62,421 bases of DNA from a virus (taxonomy: Duplodnaviria > Caudoviricetes), in the IMG/VR virus record IMGVR_UViG_3300033508_000392, positions 1 to 62,421 of that record, one strand, 5' to 3'. This document shows positions 1 through 9,417 of the stretch, piece after piece; position 1 is the first letter of the stretch; each line of letters opens with the position of its first letter. Made by a program: the position numbers and the translations under genes. A model generated the notes under the pieces. It was not told the DNA's origin and did no database searches. It saw only the letters and a program-made list of their open reading frames with translations.

Positions 1-1111
1 CTCTTCCTAACTCCGTATTGGCATTATAAATATTTATATATGGCACTTTGAGACTTATATATTCTTTGCTTAAATATTTAACTGTCTCATCTCTCTTCTT
101 TTCAAATGTTTCCTTCAACCCATCTATTCTGTTTATTTCTTTCCACCAGTCTTTTCTTTCTTGGGAATCTTTATCTGAGTTTTGATAATTGTTTCTTGCT
201 TTTAGTCTATCAATAGGCTGCTGTTCAGGATCATAAATCGTACCATACAACTGCTTTAAATTAATTCTAACATCTTGTAGGGCCAATTGATCAGTTGATT
301 CTAAACCAATACTAAGTATTGTTTCCGGATCAATACTTTCGTCGAAAACAAACTCTAATATTGTCTTTCCCGCATTTCGGTTAATATCAACAATCATATC
401 ATCAACATCAATACCTCTAGCACTAGGATGGAAACCTTTCGGTACTTTAAAGCCTATTTTGTCTGCAGCTTCTGCAGTGATTTTACCAAATGCCAAAACT
501 ATCTTGGGGTCAGATTCTAAACCAAATACAGATTTTATTATTGCAATTTTTTCTCTTAAAAGTACGTTTGTTTCATCTTGCATTAATTTGCTATTTTCCC
601 ATACATACTTAACAATTGCAGAAGAAGATTCAACGAATATACCGTTTTTATCTTCTTGTCTATTTTCATATTCAAAAACACTAGTTTTCTTTTCTTTAAT
701 TATTAATTTGGAAAGTCCTGGCTCCAAAGCACGATTTTGTAGAATATCATCAATATACTTTTTTCTCATTTTTATTAAGTCTGTTATTATAGATCCTTCA
801 TAAGGATTAGAAGTACCGCTTATAGTTTGCATTAACTTAGTACCAGCTGGTTCTTTATGAAAGATGCCAAAATTCTCTTCTATATACATAGACTGATTCA
901 TCCCAAGAATTAAAAACTGAGGTTTCATTTTTCTCCAGTTTTCTTCTTTCCACATAACAGAAACATCACTTTTATTATTTCCATATATTGCGAAAGAACA
1001 CTCTTTACCCATTACTCCACCATCACTTAATGTTTGGGAAGCAAAATTCAAAAGCAATTCTTTATCAATTGGTTTTCTAAATTCTAATAGTATCTTTTCA
1101 AATAAATTCAT
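1..1111 (-). CDS. Partial ORF (runs off window start) with an N-terminal uracil-DNA-glycosylase-like superfamily domain
   Basis: Read manually (absent from ORF track): ATG at 1111, open to base 1. Motifs ILGMNQS, FGIFH, GSIITDLIK, VLAFG and FHPSARG resemble UDG-like proteins; AAGATAA motif 6 nt upstream. Confidence 0.6.
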   Translation of the reverse strand, partial: MNLFEKILLEFRKPIDKELLLNFASQTLSDGGVMGKECSFAIYGNNKSDVSVMWKEENWRKMKPQFLILGMNQSMYIEENFGIFHKEPAGTKLMQTISGTSNPYEGSIITDLIKMRKKYIDDILQNRALEPGLSKLIIKEKKTSVFEYENRQEDKNGIFVESSSAIVKYVWENSKLMQDETNVLLREKIAIIKSVFGLESDPKIVLAFGKITAEAADKIGFKVPKGFHPSARGIDVDDMIVDINRNAGKTILEFVFDESIDPETILSIGLESTDQLALQDVRINLKQLYGTIYDPEQQPIDRLKARNNYQNSDKDSQERKDWWKEINRIDGLKETFEKKRDETVKYLSKEYISLKVPYINIYNANTELGR

Positions 1112-1179
1112 GATATATTATCTTATATACCTATTTACATTTTTTACTATTTGTGGCATAATTATATTAAGAGGTGATT

Positions 1180-1584
1180 ATGTATTGTGATACTCCGGCT
1201 AAAAAGAATGGAGCAGATGTTGAAGATGCAGCTTTTGATAATCTTGAAAAGATGTGCGCTGCTAAGGGAATTGTGGCTGAGCATATATCAAAGACGGATC
1301 AATATGGCTTTGATGTTAAGTTAGAATATGGTGGTAAGGAAGTGATTGTAGATATTAAAACTCCTTCTGGTCCTAATAAAAACTCCGGCAATATGTCTGT
1401 TACCTATGATAGAAAAAACTTTGGTATTGTCTTCATTGATGGTAATGTTCTCTCCGAGAATAGAACAGATAAGAAGTGTGCTGGAATAGCAAGCAAAAAC
1501 CCTAAAGATATGGGTGGTTTCTTTTTAGTTATAAAATCTCTAACAGTAGATGAACTCTTTAAAGAATTGTTTGGTATATTATAA
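1180..1584 (+). CDS. Hypothetical protein, possible PD-(D/E)xK-fold nuclease
   Basis: GAGGTG SD before ATG 1180; DQYGFD...VDIK motif. Confidence 0.45.
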   Translation: MYCDTPAKKNGADVEDAAFDNLEKMCAAKGIVAEHISKTDQYGFDVKLEYGGKEVIVDIKTPSGPNKNSGNMSVTYDRKNFGIVFIDGNVLSENRTDKKCAGIASKNPKDMGGFFLVIKSLTVDELFKELFGIL

Positions 1585-1652
1585 AATTAATAACATAACA
1601 TGTTATCCCATGAAAATTTCTAAAGATAAGATAGTGGAAGCATATATAGTAT

Positions 1653-2546
1653 ATGAGTAAAAAATTAACCATGGAAAAGTTTCTCTCTAAATCTAAAGAA
1701 GTGCATGGAGATGTATATAATTACTCTTTAGTTGAATATATAAATTCTGCAACTAAAATAAAAATCATATGTTCTATACATGGAGTGTTTGAACAAACAC
1801 CCAACAATCATATATCAAAAAGTTATAAATGTCCTGAGTGTAAACGCCTTGGTATAAATGAATTTATAGAGAGATCAAAAGAATGGCATGGAAATAAATA
1901 TGACTACTCTTTAGTTGATTATAAAAACAAAAAAACTAAAGTTAAAATTATATGTCCTAAACATGATATATTTGAACAAGCTCCAGAAAATCATTATGCT
2001 GGTAGTGGTTGTCCGAAGTGTAATCCTATGTCATTACAAACAACAAAAGAATTTATTCTAAAAGCTAATAAAATCCATAAATATAGATATGATTATTCTT
2101 TAGTTGATTATAAAGGCATTTATAATAAGATTATAATAATATGTTCCAAACATAAAGAATTTTTACAAACACCAGCATCACATTTGCGCGGCTCTGGATG
2201 TCCACACTGCAAAGAATCCAAGGGTGAAATAAAGGTTACAAAATGGTTGAAGAAGCACAATATAGTTTTCAAGAAACAACACACATTCAAAGATTGTAAA
2301 AATAAACGACTATTGCCGTTTGACTTCTATATACCTTATTTAAATATTGTCATAGAATATGATGGCAAACAACATTTTGAGGTAGTAGAGGCTTGGGGTG
2401 GTGAAGATAGATTATCATATATTAAAAAGAATAATGAGATAAAAACTCTATATTGTAAAAACAAGGGAATAAAACTTATAAGAATAAAATATGATGATGT
2501 AGCAGAAAGCATACTTAATGGTATTGAAGAAATAGGAGGCAGTTAA
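1653..2546 (+). CDS. Free-standing homing-endonuclease-like protein (repeated YDYSLV..C..HG..H..G.GCP.C zinc modules plus C-terminal Vsr/PD-(D/E)xK-like domain)
   Basis: Three Cys/His repeats; LPFDFYIP...IEYDGKQH; paralog of 44612..45499. Confidence 0.8.
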   Translation: MSKKLTMEKFLSKSKEVHGDVYNYSLVEYINSATKIKIICSIHGVFEQTPNNHISKSYKCPECKRLGINEFIERSKEWHGNKYDYSLVDYKNKKTKVKIICPKHDIFEQAPENHYAGSGCPKCNPMSLQTTKEFILKANKIHKYRYDYSLVDYKGIYNKIIIICSKHKEFLQTPASHLRGSGCPHCKESKGEIKVTKWLKKHNIVFKKQHTFKDCKNKRLLPFDFYIPYLNIVIEYDGKQHFEVVEAWGGEDRLSYIKKNNEIKTLYCKNKGIKLIRIKYDDVAESILNGIEEIGGS

Positions 2547-2855
2547 ATGTCGCAGGCTGATGGTGATGTCAAATCAATTGATAAGACGAAATATGGATTA
2601 TATGAACCTGGTTTTTATCATGTCGTATTAATTAACGATAATTTTACACCTATGGACTTCGTTGTTGAAGTTCTTATAAAGATTTATTGTAAGTCAGAGG
2701 CAGATGCTATGAAGTTGATGATGAAAGTTCACAATGAAGGCCAAGCTATTGCTGGCACCTATGTTGAGGATATTGCTCTAACAAAGAGTGAATTGACCAA
2801 CAAGATTGCCAAAGATAATGGTTTCCCACTCAAAACAAAAGTACAACCCGCTTAA
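2547..2855 (+). CDS. clpS: ATP-dependent Clp protease adaptor ClpS
   Basis: YHVVLINDNFTPMDFVVEVL, MMKVHNEG, GFPL motifs; directly upstream of clpA. Confidence 0.95.
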   Translation: MSQADGDVKSIDKTKYGLYEPGFYHVVLINDNFTPMDFVVEVLIKIYCKSEADAMKLMMKVHNEGQAIAGTYVEDIALTKSELTNKIAKDNGFPLKTKVQPA

Positions 2856-2872
2856 TCAGGAGGATTAGATAT

Positions 2873-3586
2873 ATGGAACTTAGCAGAGAATTGAGGATGA
2901 TTATGAGCCATGCGTTTAACAAAGCACGTGAGCTCAAGAATGAGTATCTGATGCCCGAACATATTCTTTACTCCATTGTTAAGAATGATGAGGTCATTGT
3001 TGATAAGCTAAATATTGAACAAGACGATATTTTGGAAGATTTAACTGCCTTCTTCCAGACTAAAATCCCTCCTGCCGTTGATGGTCGCCAACCCGTTGAG
3101 TCTTTGGGCTTCAACCAGGTTATTCAAGCTTCTGTACAGCAGGTTGAGAACTCTTCACGTCAGACTGTGGAGGTTGGAGATATTCTTATTGCTATTTTTA
3201 ACGCGGGCGGTCAGTCTCGCTACATTCTTCAGAAGTATGGTATTGAGAAGGAAGACCTTCTTGAGGCTGTCACTGATACCCAAAGGGGCGATATGGAAAC
3301 CGAACAGCCTGAAGCACAGCAGCCTGGTGCTGCTCCTCGCAAGAAGAAGTCTATGCTTGAGGAGTATGCTGTCGAACTTGTCCAGCAGGCTCGTGATGGT
3401 AAGCTTGACCCCATTATCGGCCGTGACGCAGAGATTGAGCGTACTGTTCAAATCCTTTGCCGTAAGAAGAAAAACAACCCCATCCACGTCGGCGAAGCTG
3501 GCGTAGGTAAGTGTTTGGATGGAGATGAAAAAATTAAAATTCTTGTATCTGATGAATTGTACGAAGAATTAAAGAATTTTATTTAA
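2873..3586 (+). CDS. clpA: ClpA N-terminal part (Clp-N domain and start of AAA-1) fused to a 24-aa split-intein N fragment
   Basis: LDPIIGRDAEIERTVQILCRKKKNNPIHVGEAGVGK followed by CLDGDEKIKI...stop. Confidence 0.92.
   Translation: MELSRELRMIMSHAFNKARELKNEYLMPEHILYSIVKNDEVIVDKLNIEQDDILEDLTAFFQTKIPPAVDGRQPVESLGFNQVIQASVQQVENSSRQTVEVGDILIAIFNAGGQSRYILQKYGIEKEDLLEAVTDTQRGDMETEQPEAQQPGAAPRKKKSMLEEYAVELVQQARDGKLDPIIGRDAEIERTVQILCRKKKNNPIHVGEAGVGKCLDGDEKIKILVSDELYEELKNFI
3512..3583 (+). mobile_element. Split intein N fragment (IntN, 24 aa, block A only)
   Basis: Cys1 directly after Walker A GK; CLDGDEKIKI matches intein block A. Confidence 0.88.
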
Positions 3587-4669
3587 TTTGCTTTTAATGG
3601 ATTCAGACACAATAAGTTTATTGTGTTCTATTGTGTCTGAATCCCATAATACTATGACATCAAATCCATTTTCAACAGCAAGTTTATTCTTATACTGATC
3701 AAATTTAAAAACATCATTTGCAGATTGTTTTGTAAATTTATGTTCCCAGGTATTCCACTCTTTTTCATTTAATACATTTTTATTTGGATGAATATGAGAA
3801 CCGTTATATTCGAATATTAATTTAAGTGGCAATATTGTAAAATCATAAAAATATAATCTGTCTGTGTCTTTTATAAAAAATTCTTTATTATCTTGGATGC
3901 CCATAAATAAGTTTTTTATTCCAAAAATATTAATCAATTTATAATAAAATTCTTCAAAAATAACTAAAGATTGTTTTGACGCTTTTTTCATGGATGAATT
4001 TTTTAAATTTTCTATACATGTTTTGGTGCAAGCTTTTATCCAACCATCGTATTTAATAATCACTTTATCATATCCATACTTATCTATCATTTTTTCTAAT
4101 GATATGGCTTTTGATTTGTTTAGTTCGTTCATATCATTATTTTTAGTCAACGAATTAATCCATTTAACGTTTCTTTCTTTTAACCGATTTAGTCCTTCTT
4201 TTTCACCATATTTTTTAATAATTTTGTCTCGTGAAAAAACTGACTGTCTTTCTTTAATTTTATTTGTAGCTTCTTCTTTTGTCAAACCTTTTTTAATCCA
4301 ATACCCAACTTGTGTTGATGTTCTTGCCGCATATGATTCGGGGTTTAATTTTTGTTTTTCACTGTATTTCAATCCGTTGCCTATTTGTAGCGTAGATATT
4401 TTTTCTTTAGCTTCAATTTCTGTCCAACCTCTTAGAAACCAAAATTTAACCTGCAATATTGTTGATCTTTCTGATAAAGAATAACAGAATGTTTGCAACT
4501 CTTTATACCCTATTTTTTTATTTATATTAAAAAATTCATTTAATTTGTCTAATATATTTTCTATAGATTTATATTTGAATTTTTCTTGAAGAAATTTGTC
4601 CATAAACTGGATAAAATCGTTTTTACTGTCTGATTCAAAAAGTTTTGTTTGACGGTATGTAATAAGCAT
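3569..4669 (-). CDS. Endonuclease-like protein (C-terminal Vsr/PD-(D/E)xK-like domain) lying antisense between the clpA halves
   Basis: YFYDF...IFEYNGSHIH...GFDVIVLWDSD; K-rich KYG repeats; own AAGATAA motif and GGAG SD. Confidence 0.75.
   Translation of the reverse strand: MLITYRQTKLFESDSKNDFIQFMDKFLQEKFKYKSIENILDKLNEFFNINKKIGYKELQTFCYSLSERSTILQVKFWFLRGWTEIEAKEKISTLQIGNGLKYSEKQKLNPESYAARTSTQVGYWIKKGLTKEEATNKIKERQSVFSRDKIIKKYGEKEGLNRLKERNVKWINSLTKNNDMNELNKSKAISLEKMIDKYGYDKVIIKYDGWIKACTKTCIENLKNSSMKKASKQSLVIFEEFYYKLINIFGIKNLFMGIQDNKEFFIKDTDRLYFYDFTILPLKLIFEYNGSHIHPNKNVLNEKEWNTWEHKFTKQSANDVFKFDQYKNKLAVENGFDVIVLWDSDTIEHNKLIVSESIKSKLNKIL
3599..3644. repeat. Perfect 16-bp inverted repeat, 14-nt loop
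   Basis: GGATTCAGACACAATA (3599-3614) / TATTGTGTCTGAATCC (3629-3644). Confidence 0.9.
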
Positions 4670-4785
4670 ATATACTCCTGGTTTAGGTTTTTTCCTACTC
4701 CAGTTTATCTTTTAATAAATTTTAAGTTTGTGTTGTTTTCTTGAAAGATAATAGCATATATTATATAGATATTGAGGAGGAATAA

Positions 4786-5196
4786 ATGAAAGAGGTTGAC
4801 ATTAAGATTGGAAAGCTTTTTACTTTCCTTGAAAGCAAAGGCTATCAGTTTAAAGTGGATGAAGGTGTAGAGTCCAACTTAGATATTAAAATCCAAGATG
4901 AAAATTCTAATTGGCAAAATGTTCCCGCTTTTATCAAAAAGAAAGATGTTGTCCATGAAATTGGTCTAAATGATTTTGTATTCAAGTGTGGTTCAAAACA
5001 TAAAATTTGTGTAAATAAAAATACAAAAGAATGTAAATTTGCTTCTGATATCAAAGTTGGAGATGTTTTTGATTATGATGATATCATTTATACGGTTAAG
5101 TTCAACAATGTTGTCGGAGAAAATTTTGTATATGACATCCAGATTGATTCTGAAAATCATCTATACAAAACACCAAATGGGTTGATTAATCACAAT
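4786..5196 (+). mobile_element. Split intein C fragment (IntC) containing blocks B, F and G
   Basis: CGSKH (block-B-like His), VYDIQI (block F), terminal HN followed by Thr+1; more AT-rich than the extein. Confidence 0.88.
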
Positions 5197-6828
5197 ACGG
5201 CGATTACTGAAGGTTTGGCTCAGCGTATTGCTGCTGGTACCGTTCCTGAGATTTTGGCTGACTATGAAATCTTCTCCCTTGATATGGGCGGTATGCTTGC
5301 TGGTACCAAGTACCGTGGTGACTTTGAAGAGAGGATTAAGAAGATTGTTAAGGAAGTTGAACAGAAGGAAAAGGCCATCCTCTTCATTGATGAAATTCAT
5401 AACATCATTGGTGCTGGTCAAACTGGTCAGGGAACTATGGATGCCTCAAATATCTTGAAACCCTCCCTCTCCTCCGGAAGACTCCGTGTTATCGGTTCAA
5501 CTACCTTTGATGAGTATAAGAAACATGTTGAGAAGGATGCTGCTCTTGCTCGCCGCTTCCAGAAGATTGACATCGATGAACCTTCTGAGGAAGAGACTTT
5601 TGAAATCCTCAAGGGATTGCAGAAGAATTACGAAGAGTACCACAATGTCCAGTATACTGAAGATGCCCTCCGTTCTATTGCAAAGCTCTCTCACCTCTAT
5701 ATCAATGACCGTCACCTCCCTGATAAGGCTATTGACGTTATGGACGAAATCGGTGCCCTTCTCCGTATGCGTAACTTCAAGAAGAATGAAAAGGATCCCA
5801 TCTCTCTCCTCGTAACTGAGGCTGATGTTGAGAACGTTGTCTCTAAGATTGCCAAAATCCCTGAGAAGACCGTCTCCACCGACGAGACTGCTAAGCTTGG
5901 TACTCTTGCTGCTGATTTGAAGGCTCAGGTCTTTGGTCAGTCGGAAGCTATTGACCAGATTGTTCAGGCAATCAAACGCTCGCGTGCCGGTTTCCGCAAG
6001 AAGGATAAACCTGTGGCAAACATCCTCTTTGCTGGTAAGACTGGTGTTGGTAAAACCCACCTTGTCCGCAAGTTGGCTGAGACTATGGGTCTGACCCTCC
6101 ACCGCTTCGATATGTCTGAGTACCAGGAGAAGCACACTGTTGCTAAGTTGGTTGGTGCTCCTGCTGGTTATGTTGGTTATGAGGAAGGTGGTCTCTTGGT
6201 TGACGCCATCCGTAAGGAACCTCACTCCATCCTCCTCTTAGATGAGATTGAAAAGGCTCACTCTGACATCTATAACATCCTGTTGCAGGTTATGGATTAC
6301 GCCACCCTTACTGATAACCAAGGTAAGAAGGCCGACTTCCGTAATTGTATCATCATCATGACTTCTAATGCTGGTGCCCGCAATATCGGTACTAAGCCTC
6401 TTGGATTTGGAAGTGTTGCTCGCGGAGGTGAAGCTGTGGACACTGCTGTTGAGAAGTTCTTCTCACCTGAGTTCCGTAACCGTCTTGATAAGGTTGTGAC
6501 TTTCAATGACCTCACTTCTGAGGTTATCCGTGAGGTTGTTAAGGCTGAGATTAAGGAATTTGAAGGCATGCTCACCGAGAAGGGAGTTTCCCTCTCCATC
6601 ACCGATGCTGCTATCGACTGGTTTGTTAAGAACGGTTATAGCGACAAGTTTGGTGCTCGTCCTATCGCCCGCTTGGTTGACGATAAGATTAAGGACATCT
6701 TTGTTGATGCTGTTCTCTTCGGTGATTTGAAAAGTGGTGGTAGTGCAGAGATTGATGCTATTGATGGTGAGATTAAGGTTAATACCTTGAATCTCAATCT
6801 TGGCAATGCCCTAGCTCTTTCCGTATAG
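4786..6828 (+). CDS. clpA: Split-intein C fragment (137 aa) fused to the rest of ClpA (AAA-1 remainder plus AAA-2)
   Basis: ...VYDIQIDSENHLYKTPNGLINHN then TAITEGLAQRI; AGTKYRGDFEER, LFIDEIH, GKTGVGKT, LLLDEIEKAH, PEFRNRLD; SD GAGGAGG. Confidence 0.95.
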   Translation: MKEVDIKIGKLFTFLESKGYQFKVDEGVESNLDIKIQDENSNWQNVPAFIKKKDVVHEIGLNDFVFKCGSKHKICVNKNTKECKFASDIKVGDVFDYDDIIYTVKFNNVVGENFVYDIQIDSENHLYKTPNGLINHNTAITEGLAQRIAAGTVPEILADYEIFSLDMGGMLAGTKYRGDFEERIKKIVKEVEQKEKAILFIDEIHNIIGAGQTGQGTMDASNILKPSLSSGRLRVIGSTTFDEYKKHVEKDAALARRFQKIDIDEPSEEETFEILKGLQKNYEEYHNVQYTEDALRSIAKLSHLYINDRHLPDKAIDVMDEIGALLRMRNFKKNEKDPISLLVTEADVENVVSKIAKIPEKTVSTDETAKLGTLAADLKAQVFGQSEAIDQIVQAIKRSRAGFRKKDKPVANILFAGKTGVGKTHLVRKLAETMGLTLHRFDMSEYQEKHTVAKLVGAPAGYVGYEEGGLLVDAIRKEPHSILLLDEIEKAHSDIYNILLQVMDYATLTDNQGKKADFRNCIIIMTSNAGARNIGTKPLGFGSVARGGEAVDTAVEKFFSPEFRNRLDKVVTFNDLTSEVIREVVKAEIKEFEGMLTEKGVSLSITDAAIDWFVKNGYSDKFGARPIARLVDDKIKDIFVDAVLFGDLKSGGSAEIDAIDGEIKVNTLNLNLGNALALSV

Positions 6829-6849
6829 ACGATTTTATAAGGAGATTTT

Positions 6850-7149
6850 ATGAAATATGAACTAACTAATATTGGTGTTAAAATTGCTATTAAGGTGGCA
6901 AATAATATTGTTAAAAATGATAGTCAAAGTATTATTGCGGCCTTTAGATATGAAGGTGTTAATGATGCAGATGGGTCAATGGCTGCATATGCTGGGGCTA
7001 TTATGGAAATAGTAAACAGTGGACTTCTTTCTATTCTTAATAAAGCAGTACGATCACCAGGATATGCTAAAAATTTAACAATTGCTATTGCAGATATTGA
7101 TTTTGATGTTCGAGCCAGTGATGGAGAAAAACGCGAAAAAGATGATTAA
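6850..7149 (+). CDS. Hypothetical protein
   Basis: AAGGAG SD; ends just before a terminator. Confidence 0.7.
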   Translation: MKYELTNIGVKIAIKVANNIVKNDSQSIIAAFRYEGVNDADGSMAAYAGAIMEIVNSGLLSILNKAVRSPGYAKNLTIAIADIDFDVRASDGEKREKDD

Positions 7150-7161
7150 AACAATTTAGAT

Positions 7162-7190
7162 AAAAACCCACATAAAATGTGGGTTTTTTT
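7162..7190 (+). terminator. Intrinsic terminator
   Basis: AAAAACCCACAT-AAA-ATGTGGG followed by T7. Confidence 0.85.
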
Positions 7191-7211
7191 ATTTGTCGTA
7201 AAGATAATATC

Positions 7212-7487
7212 ATGAGATTTGAAAATGTCAAGATTGGTCAAATATTTAAACTTAATACAGGTTATATTTCCTTTCTTATCATAGACGGAAAGATGGGTGA
7301 GTACATTGATACAACCTATATTGCAATTAAAAATACTGATATGTTTGTTACAATAGCAGAGGGTGTTATGTATAATGAAGAAGATTGGAGAAATGAAGTT
7401 ATATCAAATAAACCCTCTTTTATAGATGATGAGCACGGACAAGAGATTATATTAAAACTTTTTAGTAGAGAGATAGATTGGGCATGA
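7212..7487 (+). CDS. Hypothetical protein
   Basis: Start reassigned to ATG 7212 (downstream of the terminator, 4 nt after AAGATAA). Confidence 0.65.
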   Translation: MRFENVKIGQIFKLNTGYISFLIIDGKMGEYIDTTYIAIKNTDMFVTIAEGVMYNEEDWRNEVISNKPSFIDDEHGQEIILKLFSREIDWA

Positions 7488-7765
7488 AAAATCTATTGAA
7501 GATGCTTTTTGAAGAATATCGTTATACTTGGCTCTATAGAGAAGTACATGGTTATAAGGGAAGAGTGTATTTTAAATTTGATCATATTGATAGTAATGCT
7601 GTCGAAATAGTCATGTCTCGTTACTATCCAAAAACAAAAAAGTGGGAGATGAATGTTTGTTCAACCATTGAGTATCTGGGTAAGTTATATATAGAAGAAG
7701 ATGAAGAAATAATAAGAGATTTAGAAGCAAAACACGCTATTTTCCTCCTCACCAAGGAAAGATAG
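7484..7765 (+). CDS. Hypothetical protein
   Basis: ATGA overlap with previous gene. Confidence 0.65.
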   Translation: MKNLLKMLFEEYRYTWLYREVHGYKGRVYFKFDHIDSNAVEIVMSRYYPKTKKWEMNVCSTIEYLGKLYIEEDEEIIRDLEAKHAIFLLTKER

Positions 7766-7768
7766 TAT

Positions 7769-8326
7769 ATGGATAATAAATACTCAACATTAAATAAAAT
7801 ATGGAACCCTGGTGAAATACCTGCCAAGAAATCTCAATTCAACTTGCTTGGTTTTAAACTTCCTACAATTGACAACAAAAATTTTTCATATAGAGTAATA
7901 TATGGTTTATTTGGTGAAACTCCTGAAAGAAGTGCGATAACACAAAAACTCGGTGGTAAACAAAAACCTGAAATGTTTGATATATATGGCGCAATTGAGT
8001 ACGCTGCCAATATGAACTCTGAATATAGAGACAATTCTCTTCCCAGATGTATTGTACCGAATTTTTCTAATTTTTATTTGGTATTTTATAGTTCAGATAT
8101 TGGTGAAGTCTTACTAAATATATCAGAAGAAAAACAATTTGAGTTTGCAAAAAAAATATTAGACGGTTATAAATCACACAGCAGTGGATATATTTCAATT
8201 GTTGGTATTCAAAAATTATATGGTAAAATTTGTAAAAAAGATAAACTGAAGATAGAGAACTGTAAACTATTTATCAGTTTTTGCATACCAGGAACAGAAA
8301 AACTGTTGATGATATATGAATACTGA
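7769..8326 (+). CDS. Hypothetical protein
   Basis: 185-aa ORF in tiled operon. Confidence 0.65.
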   Translation: MDNKYSTLNKIWNPGEIPAKKSQFNLLGFKLPTIDNKNFSYRVIYGLFGETPERSAITQKLGGKQKPEMFDIYGAIEYAANMNSEYRDNSLPRCIVPNFSNFYLVFYSSDIGEVLLNISEEKQFEFAKKILDGYKSHSSGYISIVGIQKLYGKICKKDKLKIENCKLFISFCIPGTEKLLMIYEY

Positions 8327-8339
8327 TTAAAGGAACAAA

Positions 8340-8672
8340 ATGAAAGATTTAATCTTCAAGTTGGTGTTTGAAAATTATGGTAAAGAGTTTATTGGGCATA
8401 TAAGAGCACTCATCAAGGATAAGAAGGACTTTGGTATCACCATCCATGGTTTTTCGGCAAGTGGGTTTGAGTATAATAAAGATGGGACTGTTGATATTTT
8501 TTTAGAAATTGAAGATATGGAAGGGAATGGCGGATACGCTGGGTGTACATTTGATGGTGAGCTGAAAGATATATTGATTGACTTCATGTATAGTGATGGG
8601 GATCAATATCAAAAATGGGTTTATGAAAGGGGAGTAAATAATGGCAAACAAAACAATGGTGGATATAGCTGA
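8340..8672 (+). CDS. Hypothetical protein
   Basis: AAGGA SD, tiled ORF. Confidence 0.65.
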   Translation: MKDLIFKLVFENYGKEFIGHIRALIKDKKDFGITIHGFSASGFEYNKDGTVDIFLEIEDMEGNGGYAGCTFDGELKDILIDFMYSDGDQYQKWVYERGVNNGKQNNGGYS

Positions 8673-8770
8673 AGCAAAAAAATTAGCTTTTATAGCTATA
8701 ATATTATCAAGTATAGCTATAGTACTAAGTATTGGTGTTCTGGTTTTAAAATTCTTCTAAAGGAGAGTAT

Positions 8771-9082
8771 TTGAGCAAACATATAGGTAGCAATAAAGCA
8801 AGGCATAAGAATAATTCTTTACCCATCGAGAAGAGAAGTGATAAAGTTTGCATTAATTTAATAAAAGAATTATTTGCAAATGAAGTTGGCATTGTTTACG
8901 GTGTAATATCTGACTTAGTTGACTTTTCTAAAATTGACGTTGCTTTAGATGAAGGATTAATATTCAATTTTGAAGAAAGGATTGATGAGACTATTGTTCG
9001 TGACCTTAAAAAAGAGTTTGATAAATATAGTATTCAACACCATTTTGATAAGAATAAACAAAAGCTAGTTATTTATAAATAA
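8771..9082 (+). CDS. Hypothetical protein
   Basis: AGGAG SD before TTG start. Confidence 0.6.
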   Translation: MSKHIGSNKARHKNNSLPIEKRSDKVCINLIKELFANEVGIVYGVISDLVDFSKIDVALDEGLIFNFEERIDETIVRDLKKEFDKYSIQHHFDKNKQKLVIYK

Positions 9083-9093
9083 AAGGAGTTATT

Positions 9094-9342
9094 ATGAAAT
9101 TGAAGAGTATATTAAAGAACTTAAAAATTAATGAGTGGAGTTACGAGGGAACAACAAACTCAAACGGTGGTAATGTAAAGTTTTCGGTAGAACAAATAGA
9201 TTCTGATAAATTTAAGTTAACTGTTTCAGATATTGATGGAAGTTTTAAGAAAGAGTATACTGGTGATTTTCGAGAAATAATGAATAGATGCATAGCTCTA
9301 CAACCTAATAACGATACAACAATTTCACGTGAATTTCAATAA
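9094..9342 (+). CDS. Hypothetical protein with basic N-terminus ending I-N-E
   Basis: AAGGAG SD; MKLKSILKNLKINE. Confidence 0.65.
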   Translation: MKLKSILKNLKINEWSYEGTTNSNGGNVKFSVEQIDSDKFKLTVSDIDGSFKKEYTGDFREIMNRCIALQPNNDTTISREFQ

Positions 9343-9417
9343 ATTATTTACATTACAGATAAGATAAGTATTGTTATTACAAGAATATATCATTTATAAG
9401 TAAAAATTGGAGGTATT

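Noticed and set aside
459-803. Plus-strand 114-aa ORF
   Set aside because: Antisense shadow of the longer minus-strand ORF at 1-1111.
3512-5196. clpA as a pseudogene, or a contiguous intein broken by sequencing error
   Set aside because: Both halves are intact, the second has a strong SD and promoter-like motifs, and a complete antisense ORF separates them.
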